A stretch of 64,000 nucleotides of DNA, taken from positions 10,602,001-10,666,000 of the forward strand of contig OZ059895.1 in assembly GCA_964057225.1 (NCBI GenBank), in the 5' to 3' direction. This document shows, in pieces, positions 15,001 through 30,000 of this stretch. Origin of the DNA: Auanema rhodensis (Eukaryota; Animalia; Nematoda). Each line of letters starts with the position of its first letter. Position 1 is the first letter of the stretch. The position numbers were made by a program, and so were the translations under genes. Under the pieces are notes generated by a model, which saw only the letters and a list, made by a program, of their open reading frames with translations, searched no databases and had not been told where the DNA came from.

Positions 15001-18000
15001 ATTTTTATGAAAAATTAAAAATTTTAAAATGTTTATTTTTAGCCCTAGAAATACGTGCAACACCTTATTGAACTCAAAATCGACTGTTTGATAATTTAAA
15101 TTTGGTTTTGTAAGCATATATCCATAGTAATCATGTTTTGCGGCGGGCTCAACTTGCTATTTCGTTTGATTTTCATGAAAAATTAAATATTCTAAAAATT
15201 TTATTTCTTGTCCTAGAACTACGTGCTACATCTCATTAAACTGAGAATTAGTTGATTGAAGAAGCAAAACAAATTTTGTTAGCACAGAACCATATTAATC
15301 ATATTTTACGGCGGGCTCAAGTTGCTATTTTGTTCGATTTTTATGAAAAATTAAAAATTTTTAAATGTTTATTTTTAGCCCTAGAAATACGTGCAACACC
15401 TTATTAAACTCAAAATCGACTGTTTGATAATTTAAATTTGGTTTTGTAAGCATATATCCATAGTAATCATGTTTTGCGGCGGGCTCAACTTGCTATTTCG
15501 TTTGATTTTCATGAAAAATTAAATATTCTAAAAATTTTATTTCTTGTCCTAGAACTACGTGCTACATCTCATTAAACTAAGAATTAGTTAATTAAAGAGC
15601 TAAAACAAATTTTGTTAGCACAGAACCATATTAATCATATTTTACGGCGGGCTCAAGTTGCTATTTTGTTCGATTTTTATGAAAAATTAAAAATTTTAAA
15701 ATGTTTATTTTTAGCCCTAGAAATACGTGCAACACCTTATTAAACTCAAAATCGACTGTTTGATAATTTAAATTTGGTTTTGTAAGCATATATCCATAGT
15801 AATCATGTTTTGCGGCGGGCTCAACTTGCTATTTCGTTTGATTTTCATGAAAAATTAAATATTCTAAAAATTTTATTTCTTGTCCTAGAACTACGTGCTA
15901 CATCTCATTAAACTAAGAATTAGTTAATTAAAGAGCTAAAACAAATTTTGTTAGCACAGAACCATATTAATCATATTTTACGGCGGGCTCAAGTTGCTAT
16001 TTTGTTCGATTTTTATGAAAAATTAAAAATTTTAAAATGTTTATTTTTAGCCCTAGAAATACGTGCAACACCTTATTAAACTCAAAATCGACTGTTTGAT
16101 AATTTAAATTTGGTTTTGTAAGCATATATCCATAGTAATCATGTTTTGCGGCGGGCTCAACTTGCTATTTCGTTTGATTTTCATGAAAAATTAAATATTC
16201 TAAAAATTTTATTTCATGTCCTAGAACTACGTGCTACATCTCATTAAACTAAGAATTAGTTGATTGAAGAAGCAAAACAAATTTTGTTAGCACAGAACCA
16301 TATTAATCATATTTTACGGCGGGCTCAAGTTGCTATTTTGTTCGATTTTTATGAAAAATTAAAAATTTTTAAATGTTTATTTTTAGCCCTAGAAATACGT
16401 GCAACATCTTATTAAACTCAAAATCGACTGTTTGATATTTTAAATTTGGTTTCGTAAGCATATATCCATAGTAATCATGTTTTGCGGCGGGCTCTACTTG
16501 CTATTTCGTTTGATTTTCATGAAAAATTAAATATTCTAAAAATTTTATTTCTTGTCCTAGAACTACGTGCTACATCTCATTAAACTAAGAATTAGTTAAT
16601 TAAAGAGCTAAAACAAATTTTGTTAGCACAGAACCATATTAATCATATTTTCCGGCGCGCTCAAATTGCTATTTTGTTCGATTTTTATGAAAAATTAAAA
16701 ATTTTAAAATGTTTATTTTTTAGCAATAGAAATACGTACATCATCTTATTCAACTCAAAATCGATTGTTTGATAATATAAATTAGGTTTTGTAAGCATAT
16801 ATCCATAGTAATCATGTTTTGCGGCTGGTTCAACTTGCTATTTCGTTTGATTTTATGAAAAACCAAATTTTCAAAATGTTTATTTTTAGCCCTAGAAATA
16901 CGTGCAACATCTTATTCATTTCAAAGTTGACTTTTTGATAATATAAATTTGGTTTTGTAAGCATATATCCATAGTAATCATGTTTTGCGGCGGGCTCAAC
17001 TTGCTATTTCGTTTGATTTTATGAAAAACCAAATTTTTAAAATGTTTATTTTTAGCCCTAGAAATACGTGCAACATCTTATTCATTTCAAAGTTGACTTT
17101 TTGATAATATAATTTTGGTTTTGTAAGCATATATCAATAGTAATCATGTTTTGCGGCGGGCTCAACTTGCTATTTCGTTTGATTTTTATGAAAAATTAAA
17201 TATTCTAAAAATTTTATTTCTTGTCGGAGAAGTACGTGCTACATCTCATTTAAGTAAGACTTAGTTGATTGAGAAGGCAAAACAAATTTTGTTAGCACAG
17301 AACCATATTAATCATATTTTCCGGCAGGCTCAAGTTGCTATTTTGTTCGATTTTTATGAAAAATTAAAAATTTTTAAATGTTTATTTTTAGCCCTAGAAA
17401 TACGTGCAACATCTTATTAAACTCAAAATCGACTGTTTGATAATTTAAATTTGGTTTTGTAAGCATATATCCATAGTAATCATGTTTTGCGGCGGGCTCA
17501 ACTTGCTATTTCGTTTGATTTTCATGAAAAATTAAATATTCTAAAAATTTTATTTCTTGTCCTAGAACTACGTGCTACATCTCATTAAACTAAGAATTAG
17601 TTAATTAAAGAGCTAAAACAAATTTTGTTAGCACAGAACCATATTAATCATATTTTACGGCGGGCTCAAGTTGCTATTTTGTTCGATTTTTATGAAAAAT
17701 TAAAAATTTTAAAATGTTTATTTTTAGCCCTAGAAATACGTGCAACACCTTATTAAACTCAAAATCGACTGTTTGATAATTTAAATTTGGTTTTGTAAGC
17801 ATATATCCATAGTAATCATGTTTTGCGGCGGGCTCAACTTGCTATTTCGTTTGATTTTCATGAAAAATTAAATATTCTAAAAATTTTATTTCTTGTCCTA
17901 GAACTACGTGCTACATCTCATTAAACTAAGAATTAGTTGATTGAAGAAGCAAAACAAATTTTGTTAGCACAGAACCATATTAATCATATTTTACGGCGCG

Positions 18001-21000
18001 CTCAAGTTGCTATTTTGTTCGATTTTTATGAAAAATAAAAAAGTTTAAAATGTTTATTTTTAGCCCTAGAAATACGTGCATCATCATATTCAACTTAAAA
18101 TCGACTGTTTGATAATATAAATTAGGTTTTGTAAGTATATATCAATAGTAATCATGTTTTGCGGCGGGTTCCACTTGCTATTTCGTTTGATTTTTATGAA
18201 AAATTAAATATTCTAAAAATTTTATTTCTTGTCCGAGAAGTACGTGCTACATCTCATTTAAGTAAGACTTAGTTGATTGAGAAGGCAAAACAAATTTTGT
18301 TAGCACAGAACCATATTAATCATATTTTCCGGCGCGCTCAAATTGCTATTTTGTTCGATTTTTATGAAAAATTAAAAATTTTAAAATGTTTATTTTTTAG
18401 CAATAGAAATACGTGCATCATCTTATTCAACTCAAAATCGACTGTTTGATAATATAAATTAGGTTTTGTAAGCATATATCCATAGTAATCATGTTTTGCG
18501 GCTGGTTCAACTTGCTATTTCGTTTGATTTTATGAAAAACCAAATTTTTAAAATGTTTATTTTTAGCCCTAGAAATACGTGCTACATCTCATTAAACTAA
18601 GAATTAGTTAATTAAAGAGCTAAAACAAATTTTGTTAGCACAGAACCATATTAATCATATTTTCCGGCGGGCTCAAGTTGCTATTTTGTTCGATTTTTAT
18701 GAAAAATTAAAAATTTTAAAATGTTTATTTTTTAGCAATAGAAATACGTACATCATCTTATTCAACTCAAAATCGATTGTTTGATAATATAAATTAGGTT
18801 TTGTAAGCATATATCCATAGTAATCATGTTTTGCGGCTGGTTCAACTTGCTATTTCGTTTGATTTTATGAAAAACCAAATTTTCAAAATGTTTATTTTTA
18901 GCCCTAGAAATACGTGCAACATCTTATTCATTTCAAAGTTGACTTTTTGATAATATAAATTTGGTTTTGTAAGCATATATCCATAGTAATCATGTTTTGC
19001 GGCGGGCTCAACTTGCTATTTCGTTTGATTTTATGAAAAACCAAATTTTTAAAATGTTTATTTTTAGCCCTAGAAATACGTGCAACATCTTATTCATTTC
19101 AAAGTTGACTTTTTGATAATATAATTTTGGTTTTGTAAGCATATATCAATAGTAATCATGTTTTGCGGCGGGCTCAACTTGCTATTTCGTTTGATTTTTA
19201 TGAAAAATTAAATATTCTAAAAATTTTATTTCTTGTCGGAGAAGTACGTGCTACATCTCATTTAAGTAAGACTTAGTTGATTGAGAAGGCAAAACAAATT
19301 TTGTTAGCACAGAACCATATTAATCATATTTTCCGGCAGGCTCAAGTTGCTATTTTGTTCGATTTTTATGAAAAATTAAAAATTTTTAAATGTTTATTTT
19401 TAGCCCTAGAAATACGTGCAACATCTTATTAAACTCAAAATCGACTGTTTGATAATTTAAATTTGGTTTTGTAAGCATATATCCATAGTAATCATGTTTT
19501 GCGGCGGGCTCAACTTGCTATTTCGTTTGATTTTCATGAAAAATTAAATATTCTAAAAATTTTATTTCTTGTCCTAGAACTACGTGCTACATCTCATTAA
19601 ACTAAGAATTAGTTAATTAAAGAGCTAAAACAAATTTTGTTAGCACAGAACCATATTAATCATATTTTACGGCGGGCTCAAGTTGCTATTTTGTTCGATT
19701 TTTATGAAAAATTAAAAATTTTAAAATGTTTATTTTTAGCCCTAGAAATACGTGCAACACCTTATTAAACTCAAAATCGACTGTTTGATAATTTAAATTT
19801 GGTTTTGTAAGCATATATCCATAGTAATCATGTTTTGCGGCGGGCTCAACTTGCTATTTCGTTTGATTTTCATGAAAAATTAAATATTCTAAAAATTTTA
19901 TTTCTTGTCCTAGAACTACGTGCTACATCTCATTAAACTAAGAATTAGTTGATTGAAGAAGCAAAACAAATTTTGTTAGCACAGAACCATATTAATCATA
20001 TTTTACGGCGCGCTCAAGTTGCTATTTTGTTCGATTTTTATGAAAAATAAAAAAGTTTAAAATGTTTATTTTTAGCCCTAGAAATACGTGCATCATCATA
20101 TTCAACTTAAAATCGACTGTTTGATAATATAAATTAGGTTTTGTAAGTATATATCAATAGTAATCATGTTTTGCGGCGGGTTCCACTTGCTATTTCGTTT
20201 GATTTTTATGAAAAATTAAATATTCTAAAAATTTTATTTCTTGTCCGAGAAGTACGTGCTACATCTCATTTAAGTAAGACTTAGTTGATTGAGAAGGCAA
20301 AACAAATTTTGTTAGCACAGAACCATATTAATCATATTTTCCGGCGCGCTCAAATTGCTATTTTGTTCGATTTTTATGAAAAATTAAAAATTTTAAAATG
20401 TTTATTTTTTAGCAATAGAAATACGTGCATCATCTTATTCAACTCAAAATCGACTGTTTGATAATATAAATTAGGTTTTGTAAGCATATATCCATAGTAA
20501 TCATGTTTTGCGGCTGGTTCAACTTGCTATTTCGTTTGATTTTATGAAAAACCAAATTTTTAAAATGTTTATTTTTAGCCCTAGAAATACGTGCTACATC
20601 TCATTAAACTAAGAATTAGTTAATTAAAGAGCTAAAACAAATTTTGTTAGCACAGAACCATATTAATCATATTTTCCGGCGGGCTCAAGTTGCTATTTTG
20701 TTCGATTTTTATGAAAAATTAAAAATTTTAAAATGTTTATTTTTTAGCAATAGAAATACGTACATCATCTTATTCAACTCAAAATCGATTGTTTGATAAT
20801 ATAAATTAGGTTTTGTAAGCATATATCCATAGTAATCATGTTTTGCGGCTGGTTCAACTTGCTATTTCGTTTGATTTTATGAAAAACCAAATTTTTAAAA
20901 TGTTTATTTTTAGCCCTAGAAATACGTGCTACATCTCATTAAACTAAGAATTAGTTAATTAAAGAGCTAAAACAAATTTTGTTAGCACAGAACCATATTA

Positions 21001-24000
21001 ATCATATTTTCCGGCGGGCTCAAGTTGCTATTTTGTTCGATTTTTATGAAAAATTAAAAATTTTAAAATGTTTATTTTTTAGCAATAGAAATACGTACAT
21101 CATCTTATTCAACTCAAAATCGATTGTTTGATAATATAAATTAGGTTTTGTAAGCATATATCCATAGTAATCATGTTTTGCGGCTGGTTCAACTTGCTAT
21201 TTCGTTTGATTTTATGAAAAACCAAATTTTCAAAATGTTTATTTTTAGCCCTAGAAATACGTGCAACATCTTATTCATTTCAAAGTTGACTTTTTGATAA
21301 TATAAATTTGGTTTTGTAAGCATATATCCATAGTAATCATGTTTTGCGGCGGGCTCAACTTGCTATTTCGTTTGATTTTATGAAAAACCAAATTTTTAAA
21401 ATGTTTATTTTTAGCCCTAGAAATACGTGCAACATCTTATTCATTTCAAAGTTGACTTTTTGATAATATAATTTTGGTTTTGTAAGCATATATCAATAGT
21501 AATCATGTTTTGCGGCGGGCTCAACTTGCTATTTCGTTTGATTTTTATGAAAAATTAAATATTCTAAAAATTTTATTTCTTGTCGGAGAAGTACGTGCTA
21601 CATCTCATTTAAGTAAGACTTAGTTGATTGAGAAGGCAAAACAAATTTTGTTAGCACAGAACCATATTAATCATATTTTCCGGCAGGCTCAAGTTGCTAT
21701 TTTGTTCGATTTTTATGAAAAATTAAAAATTTTTAAATGTTTATTTTTAGCCCTAGAAATACGTGCAACATCTTATTAAACTCAAAATCGACTGTTTGAT
21801 AATTTAAATTTGGTTTTGTAAGCATATATCCATAGTAATCATGTTTTGCGGCGGGCTCAACTTGCTATTTCGTTTGATTTTCATGAAAAATTAAATATTC
21901 TAAAAATTTTATTTCTTGTCCTAGAACTACGTGCTACATCTCATTAAACTAAGAATTAGTTAATTAAAGAGCTAAAACAAATTTTGTTAGCACAGAACCA
22001 TATTAATCATATTTTCCGGCAGGCTCAAGTTGCTATTTTGTTCGATTTTTATGAAAAATTAAAAATTTTTAAATGTTTATTTTTAGCCCTAGAAATACGT
22101 GCAACATCTTATTAAACTCAAAATCGACTGTTTGATAATTTAAATTTGGTTTTGTAAGCATATATCCATAGTAATCATGTTTTGCGGCGGGCTCAACTTG
22201 CTATTTCGTTTGATTTTCATGAAAAATTAAATATTCTAAAAATTTTATTTCTTGTCCTAGAACTACGTGCTACATCTCATTAAACTAAGAATTAGTTAAT
22301 TAAAGAGCTAAAACAAATTTTGTTAGCACAGAACCATATTAATCATATTTTACGGCGGGCTCAAGTTGCTATTTTGTTCGATTTTTATGAAAAATTAAAA
22401 ATTTTAAAATGTTTATTTTTAGCCCTAGAAATACGTGCAACACCTTATTAAACTCAAAATCGACTGTTTGATAATTTAAATTTGGTTTTGTAAGCATATA
22501 TCCATAGTAATCATGTTTTGCGGCGGGCTCAACTTGCTATTTCGTTTGATTTTCATGAAAAATTAAATATTCTAAAAATTTTATTTCTTGTCCTAGAACT
22601 ACGTGCTACATCTCATTAAACTAAGAATTAGTTGATTGAAGAAGCAAAACAAATTTTGTTAGCACAGAACCATATTAATCATATTTTACGGCGCGCTCAA
22701 GTTGCTATTTTGTTCGATTTTTATGAAAAATAAAAAAGTTTAAAATGTTTATTTTTAGCCCTAGAAATACGTGCATCATCATATTCAACTTAAAATCGAC
22801 TGTTTGATAATATAAATTAGGTTTTGTAAGTATATATCAATAGTAATCATGTTTTGCGGCGGGTTCCACTTGCTATTTCGTTTGATTTTTATGAAAAATT
22901 AAATATTCTAAAAATTTTATTTCTTGTCCGAGAAGTACGTGCTACATCTCATTTAAGTAAGACTTAGTTGATTGAGCAGGCAAAACAAATTTTGTTAGCA
23001 CAGAACCATATTAATCATATTTTCCGGCGCGCTCAAATTGCTATTTTGTTCGATTTTTATGAAAAATTAAAAATTTTAAAATGTTTATTTTTTAGCAATA
23101 GAAATACGTGCATCATCTTATTCAACTCAAAATCGACTGTTTGATAATATAAATTAGGTTTTGTAAGCATATATCCATAGTAATCATGTTTTGCGGCTGG
23201 TTCAACTTGCTATTTCGTTTGATTTTATGAAAAACCAAATTTTTAAAATGTTTATTTTTAGCCCTAGAAATACGTGCTACATCTCATTAAACTAAGAATT
23301 AGTTAATTAAAGAGCTAAAACAAATTTTGTTAGCACAGAACCATATTAATCATATTTTCCGGCGGGCTCAAGTTGCTATTTTGTTCGATTTTTATGAAAA
23401 ATTAAAAATTTTTAAATGTTTATTTTTAGCCCTAGAAATACGTGCAACATCTTATTAAACTCAAAATCGACTGTTTGATATTTTAAATTTGGTTTCGTAA
23501 GCATATATCCATAGTAATCATGTTTTGCGGCGGGCTCAACTTGGTATTTCGTTTGATTTTCATGAAAAATTAAATATTCTAAAAATTTTATTTCTTGTCC
23601 TAGAACTACGTGCTCTATCTCATTAAACTAAGAATTAGTTAATTAAAGAGCTAAAACAAATTTTGTTAGCACAGAACCATATTAATCATATTTTACGGCG
23701 GGCTCAAGTTGCTATTTTGTTCGATTTTTATGAAAAATTAAATATTCTAAAAATTTTATTTCTTGTCCGAGAAGTACGTGCTACATCTCATTTAAGTAAG
23801 ACTTAGTTGATTGAGAAGGCAAAACAAATTTTGTTAGCACAGAACCATATTAATCATATTTTCCGGCGCGCTCAAATTGCTATTTTGTTCGATTTTTATG
23901 AAAAATTAAAAATTTTAAAATGTTTATTTTTTAGCAATAGAAATACGTGCATCATCTTATTCAACTCAAAATCGACTGTTTGATAATATAAATTAGGTTT

Positions 24001-27000
24001 TGTAAGCATATATCCATAGTAATCATGTTTTGCGGCTGGTTCAACTTGCTATTTCGTTTGATTTTATGAAAAACCAAATTTTTAAAATGTTTATTTTTAG
24101 CCCTAGAAATACGTGCTACATCTCATTAAACTAAGAATTAGTTAATTAAAGAGCTAAAACAAATTTTGTTAGCACAGAACCATATTAATCATATTTTCCG
24201 GCGGGCTCAAGTTGCTATTTTGTTCGATTTTTATGAAAAATTAAAGATTTTTAAATGTTTATTTTTAGCCCTAGAAATACGTGCAACATCTTATTAAACT
24301 CAAAATCGACTGTTTGATATTTTAAATTTGGTTTCGTAAGCATATATCCATAGTAATCATGTTTTGCGGCGGGCTCAACTTGGTATTTCGTTTGATTTTC
24401 ATGAAAAATTAAATATTCTAAAAATTTTATTTCTTGTCCTAGAACTACGTGCTCTATCTCATTAAACTAAGAATTAGTTAATTAAAGAGCTAAAACAAAT
24501 TTTGTTAGCACAGAACCATATTAATCATATTTTACGGCGGGCTCAAGTTGCTATTTTGTTCGATTTTTATGAAAAATTAAATATTCTAAAAATTTTATTT
24601 CTTGTCCGAGAAGTACGTGCTACATCTCATTTAAGTAAGACTTAGTTGATTGAGAAGGCAAAACAAATTTTGTTAGCACAGAACCATATTAATCATATTT
24701 TCCGGCGCGCTCAAATTGCTATTTTGTTCGATTTTTATGAAAAATTAAAAATTTTAAAATGTTTATTTTTTAGCAATAGAAATACGTGCATCATCTTATT
24801 CAACTCAAAATCGACTGTTTGATAATATAAATTAGGTTTTGTAAGCATATATCCATAGTAATCATGTTTTGCGGCTGGTTCAACTTGCTATTTCGTTTGA
24901 TTTTATGAAAAACCAAATTTTTAAAATGTTTATTTTTAGCCCTAGAAATACGTGCTACATCTCATTAAACTAAGAATTAGTTAATTAAAGAGCTAAAACA
25001 AATTTTGTTAGCACAGAACCATATTAATCATATTTTCCGGCGGGCTCAAGTTGCTATTTTGTTCGATTTTTATGAAAAATTAAAAATTTTTAAATGTTTA
25101 TTTTTAGCCCTAGAAATACGTGCAACATCTTATTAAACTCAAAATCGACTGTTTGATATTTTAAATTTGGTTTCGTAAGCATATATCCATAGTAATCATG
25201 TTTTGCGGCGGGCTCAACTTGGTATTTCGTTTGATTTTCATGAAAAATTAAATATTCTAAAAATTTTATTTCTTGTCCTAGAACTACGTGCTCTATCTCA
25301 TTAAACTAAGAATTAGTTAATTAAAGAGCTAAAACAAATTTTGTTAGCACAGAACCATATTAATCATATTTTACGGCGGGCTCAAGTTGCTATTTTGTTC
25401 GATTTTTATGAAAAATGAAAAATTTTAAAATGTTTATTTTTAGCCCTAGAAATACGTGCAACACCTTATTAAACTCAAAATCGACTGTTTGATAATTTAA
25501 ATTTGGTTTTGTAAGCATATATCCATAGTAATCATGTTTTGCGGCGGGCTCAACTTGCTATTTCGTTTGATTTTCATGAAAAATTAAATATTCTAAAAAT
25601 TTTATTTCTTGTCCTAGAACTACGTGCTACATCTCATTAAACTAAGAATTAGTTGATTGAAGAAGCAAAACAAATTTTGTTAGCACAGAACCATATTAAT
25701 CATATTTTACGGCGGGCTCAAGTTGCTATTTTGTTCGATTTTTATGAAAAATTAAAAATTTTTAAATGTTTATTTTTAGCCCTAGAAATACGTGCAACAT
25801 CTTATTAAACTCAAAATCGACTGTTTGATATTTTAAATTTGGTTTCGTAAGCATATATCCATAGTAATCATGTTTTGCGGCGGGTTCCACTTGCTATTTC
25901 GTTTGATTTTTATGAAAAATTAAATATTCTAAAAATTTTATTTCTTGTCCGAGAAGTACGTGCTACATCTCATTTAAGTAAGACTTAGTTGATTGAGAAG
26001 GCAAAACAAATTTTGTTAGCACAGAACCATATTAATCATATTTTCCGGCGCGCTCAAATTGCTATTTTGTTCGATTTTTATGAAAAATTAAAAATTTTAA
26101 AATGTTTATTTTTTAGCAATAGAAATACGTGCATCATCTTATTCAACTCAAAATCGATTGTTTGATAATATAAATTAGGTTTTGTAAGCATATATCCATA
26201 GTAATCATGTTTTGCGGCTGGTTCAACTTGCTATTTCGTTTGATTTTATGAAAAACCAAATTTTTAAAATGTTTATTTTTAGCCCTAGAAATACGTGCAA
26301 CATCTTATTCATTTCAAAGTTGACTTTTTGATAATATAAATTTGGTTTTGTAAGCATATATCCATAGTAATCATGTTTTGCGGCGGGCTCAACTTGCTAT
26401 TTCGTTTGATTTTATGAAAAACCAAATTTTTAAAATGTTTATTTTTAGCCCTAGAAATACGTGCAACATCTTATTCATTTCAAAGTTGACTTTTTGATAA
26501 TATAAATTTGGTTTTGTAAGCATATATCCATAGTAATCATGTTTTGCGGCGGGCTCAACTTGCTATTTCGTTTGATTTTTATGAAAAATTAAATATTCTA
26601 AAAATTTTATTTCTTGTCCGAGAAGTACGTGCTACATCTCATTTAAGTAAGACTTAGTTGATTGAGAAGGCAGAACAAATTTTGTTAGCACAGAACCATA
26701 TTAATCATATTTTCCGGCGGGCTCAAGTTGCTATTTTGTTCGATTTTTATGAAAAATTAAAAATTTTTAAATGTTTATTTTTAGCCCTAGAAATACGTGC
26801 AACATCTTATTAAACTCAAAATCGACTGTTTGATGATTTAAATTTGGTTTTGTAAGCATATATCCATAGTAATAATGTTTTGCGGCGGGCTCAACTTGCT
26901 ATTTCGTTTGATTTTCATGAAAAATTAAATATTCTAAAAATTTTATTTCTTGTCCTAGAACTACGTGCTACATCTCATTAAACTAAGAATTAGTTAATTG

Positions 27001-30000
27001 AAGAGCTAAAACAAATTTTGTTAGCACAGAACCATATTAATCATATTTTACGGCGCGCTCAAGTTGCTATTTTGTTCGATTTTTATGAAAAATAAAAAAG
27101 TTTAAAATGTTTATTTTTAGCCCTAGAAATACGTGCATCATCATATTCAACTTAAAATCGACTGTTTGATAATATAAATTAGGTTTTGTAAGTATATATC
27201 AATAGTAATCATGTTTTGCGGCGGGTTCCACTTGCTATTTCGTTTGATTTTTATGAAAAATTAAATATTCTAAAAATTTTATTTCTTGTCCGAGAAGTAC
27301 GTGCTACATCTCATTTAAGTAAGACTTAGTTGATTGAGCAGGCAAAACAAATTTTGTTAGCACAGAACCATATTAATCATATTTTCCGGCGCGCTCAAAT
27401 TGCTATTTTGTTCGATTTTTATGAAAAATTAAAAATTTTAAAATGTTTATTTTTTAGCAATAGAAATACGTGCATCATCTTATTCAACTCAAAATCGACT
27501 GTTTGATAATATAAATTAGGTTTTGTAAGCATATATCCATAGTAATCATGTTTTGCGGCTGGTTCAACTTGCTATTTCGTTTGATTTTATGAAAAACCAA
27601 ATTTTTAAAATGTTTATTTTTAGCCTTAGAAATACGTGCTACATCTCATTAAACTAAGAATTAGTTAATTAAAGAGCTAAAACAAATTTTGTTAGCACAG
27701 AACCATATTAATCATATTTTCCGGCGGGCTCAAGTTGCTATTTTGTTCGATTTTTATGAAAAATTAAAAATTTTTAAATGTTTATTTTTAGCCCTAGAAA
27801 TACGTGCAACATCTTATTAAACTCAAAATCGACTGTTTGATATTTTAAATTTGGTTTCGTAAGCATATATCCATAGTAATCATGTTTTGCGGCGGGCTCA
27901 ACTTGGTATTTCGTTTGATTTTCATGAAAAATTAAATATTCTAAAAATTTTATTTCTTGTCCTAGAACTACGTGCTCTATCTCATTAAACTAAGAATTAG
28001 TTAATTAAAGAGCTAAAACAAATTTTGTTAGCACAGAACCATATTAATCATATTTTACGGCGGGCTCAAGTTGCTATTTTGTTCGATTTTTATGAAAAAT
28101 TAAATATTCTAAAAATTTTATTTCTTGTCCGAGAAGTACGTGCTACATCTCATTTAAGTAAGACTTAGTTGATTGAGAAGGCAAAACAAATTTTGTTAGC
28201 ACAGAACCATATTAATCATATTTTCCGGCGCGCTCAAATTGCTATTTTGTTCGATTTTTATGAAAAATTAAAAATTTTAAAATGTTTATTTTTTAGCAAT
28301 AGAAATACGTGCATCATCTTATTCAACTCAAAATCGACTGTTTGATAATATAAATTAGGTTTTGTAAGCATATATCCATAGTAATCATGTTTTGCGGCTG
28401 GTTCAACTTGCTATTTCGTTTGATTTTATGAAAAACCAAATTTTTAAAATGTTTATTTTTAGCCCTAGAAATACGTGCTACATCTCATTAAACTAAGAAT
28501 TAGTTAATTAAAGAGCTAAAACAAATTTTGTTAGCACAGAACCATATTAATCATATTTTCCGGCGGGCTCAAGTTGCTATTTTGTTCGATTTTTATGAAA
28601 AATTAAAAATTTTTAAATGTTTATTTTTAGCCCTAGAAATACGTGCAACATCTTATTAAACTCAAAATCGACTGTTTGATATTTTAAATTTGGTTTCGTA
28701 AGCATATATCCATAGTAATCATGTTTTGCGGCGGGCTCAACTTGGTATTTCGTTTGATTTTCATGAAAAATTAAATATTCTAAAAATTTTATTTCTTGTC
28801 CTAGAACTACGTGCTCTATCTCATTAAACTAAGAATTAGTTAATTAAAGAGCTAAAACAAATTTTGTTAGCACAGAACCATATTAATCATATTTTACGGC
28901 GGGCTCAAGTTGCTATTTTGTTCGATTTTTATGAAAAATGAAAAATTTTAAAATGTTTATTTTTAGCCCTAGAAATACGTGCAACACCTTATTAAACTCA
29001 AAATCGACTGTTTGATAATTTAAATTTGGTTTTGTAAGCATATATCCATAGTAATCATGTTTTGCGGCGGGCTCAACTTGCTATTTCGTTTGATTTTCAT
29101 GAAAAATTAAATATTCTAAAAATTTTATTTCTTGTCCTAGAACTACGTGCTACATCTCATTAAACTAAGAATTAGTTGATTGAAGAAGCAAAACAAATTT
29201 TGTTAGCACAGAACCATATTAATCATATTTTACGGCGGGCTCAAGTTGCTATTTTGTTCGATTTTTATGAAAAATTAAAAATTTTTAAATGTTTATTTTT
29301 AGCCCTAGAAATACGTGCAACATCTTATTAAACTCAAAATCAACTGTTTGATATTTTAAATTTGGTTTCGTAAGCATATATCCATAGTAATCATGTTTTG
29401 CGGCGGGTTCCACTTGCTATTTCGTTTGATTTTTATGAAAAATTAAACATTCTAAAAATTTTATTTCTTGTCCGAGAAGTACGTGCTACATCTCATTTAA
29501 GTAAGACTTAGTTGATTGAGAAGGCAAAACAAATTTTGTTAGCACAGAACCATATTAATCATATTTTCCGGCGCGCTCAAATTGCTATTTTGTTCGATTT
29601 TTATGAAAAATTAAAAATTTTAAAATGTTTATTTTTTAGCAATAGAAATACGTGCATCATCTTATTCAACTCAAAATCGATTGTTTGATAATATAAATTA
29701 GGTTTTGTAAGCATATATCCATAGTAATCATGTTTTGCGGCTGGTTCAACTTGCTATTTCGTTTGATTTTATGAAAAACCAAATTTTTAAAATGTTTATT
29801 TTTAGCCCTAGAAATACGTGCAACATCTTATTCATTTCAAAGTTGACTTTTTGATAATATAAATTTGGTTTTGTAAGCATATATCCATAGTAATCATGTT
29901 TTGCGGCGGGCTCAACTTGCTATTTCGTTTGATTTTATGAAAAACCAAATTTTTAAAATGTTTATTTTTAGCCCTAGAAATACGTGCAACATCTTATTCA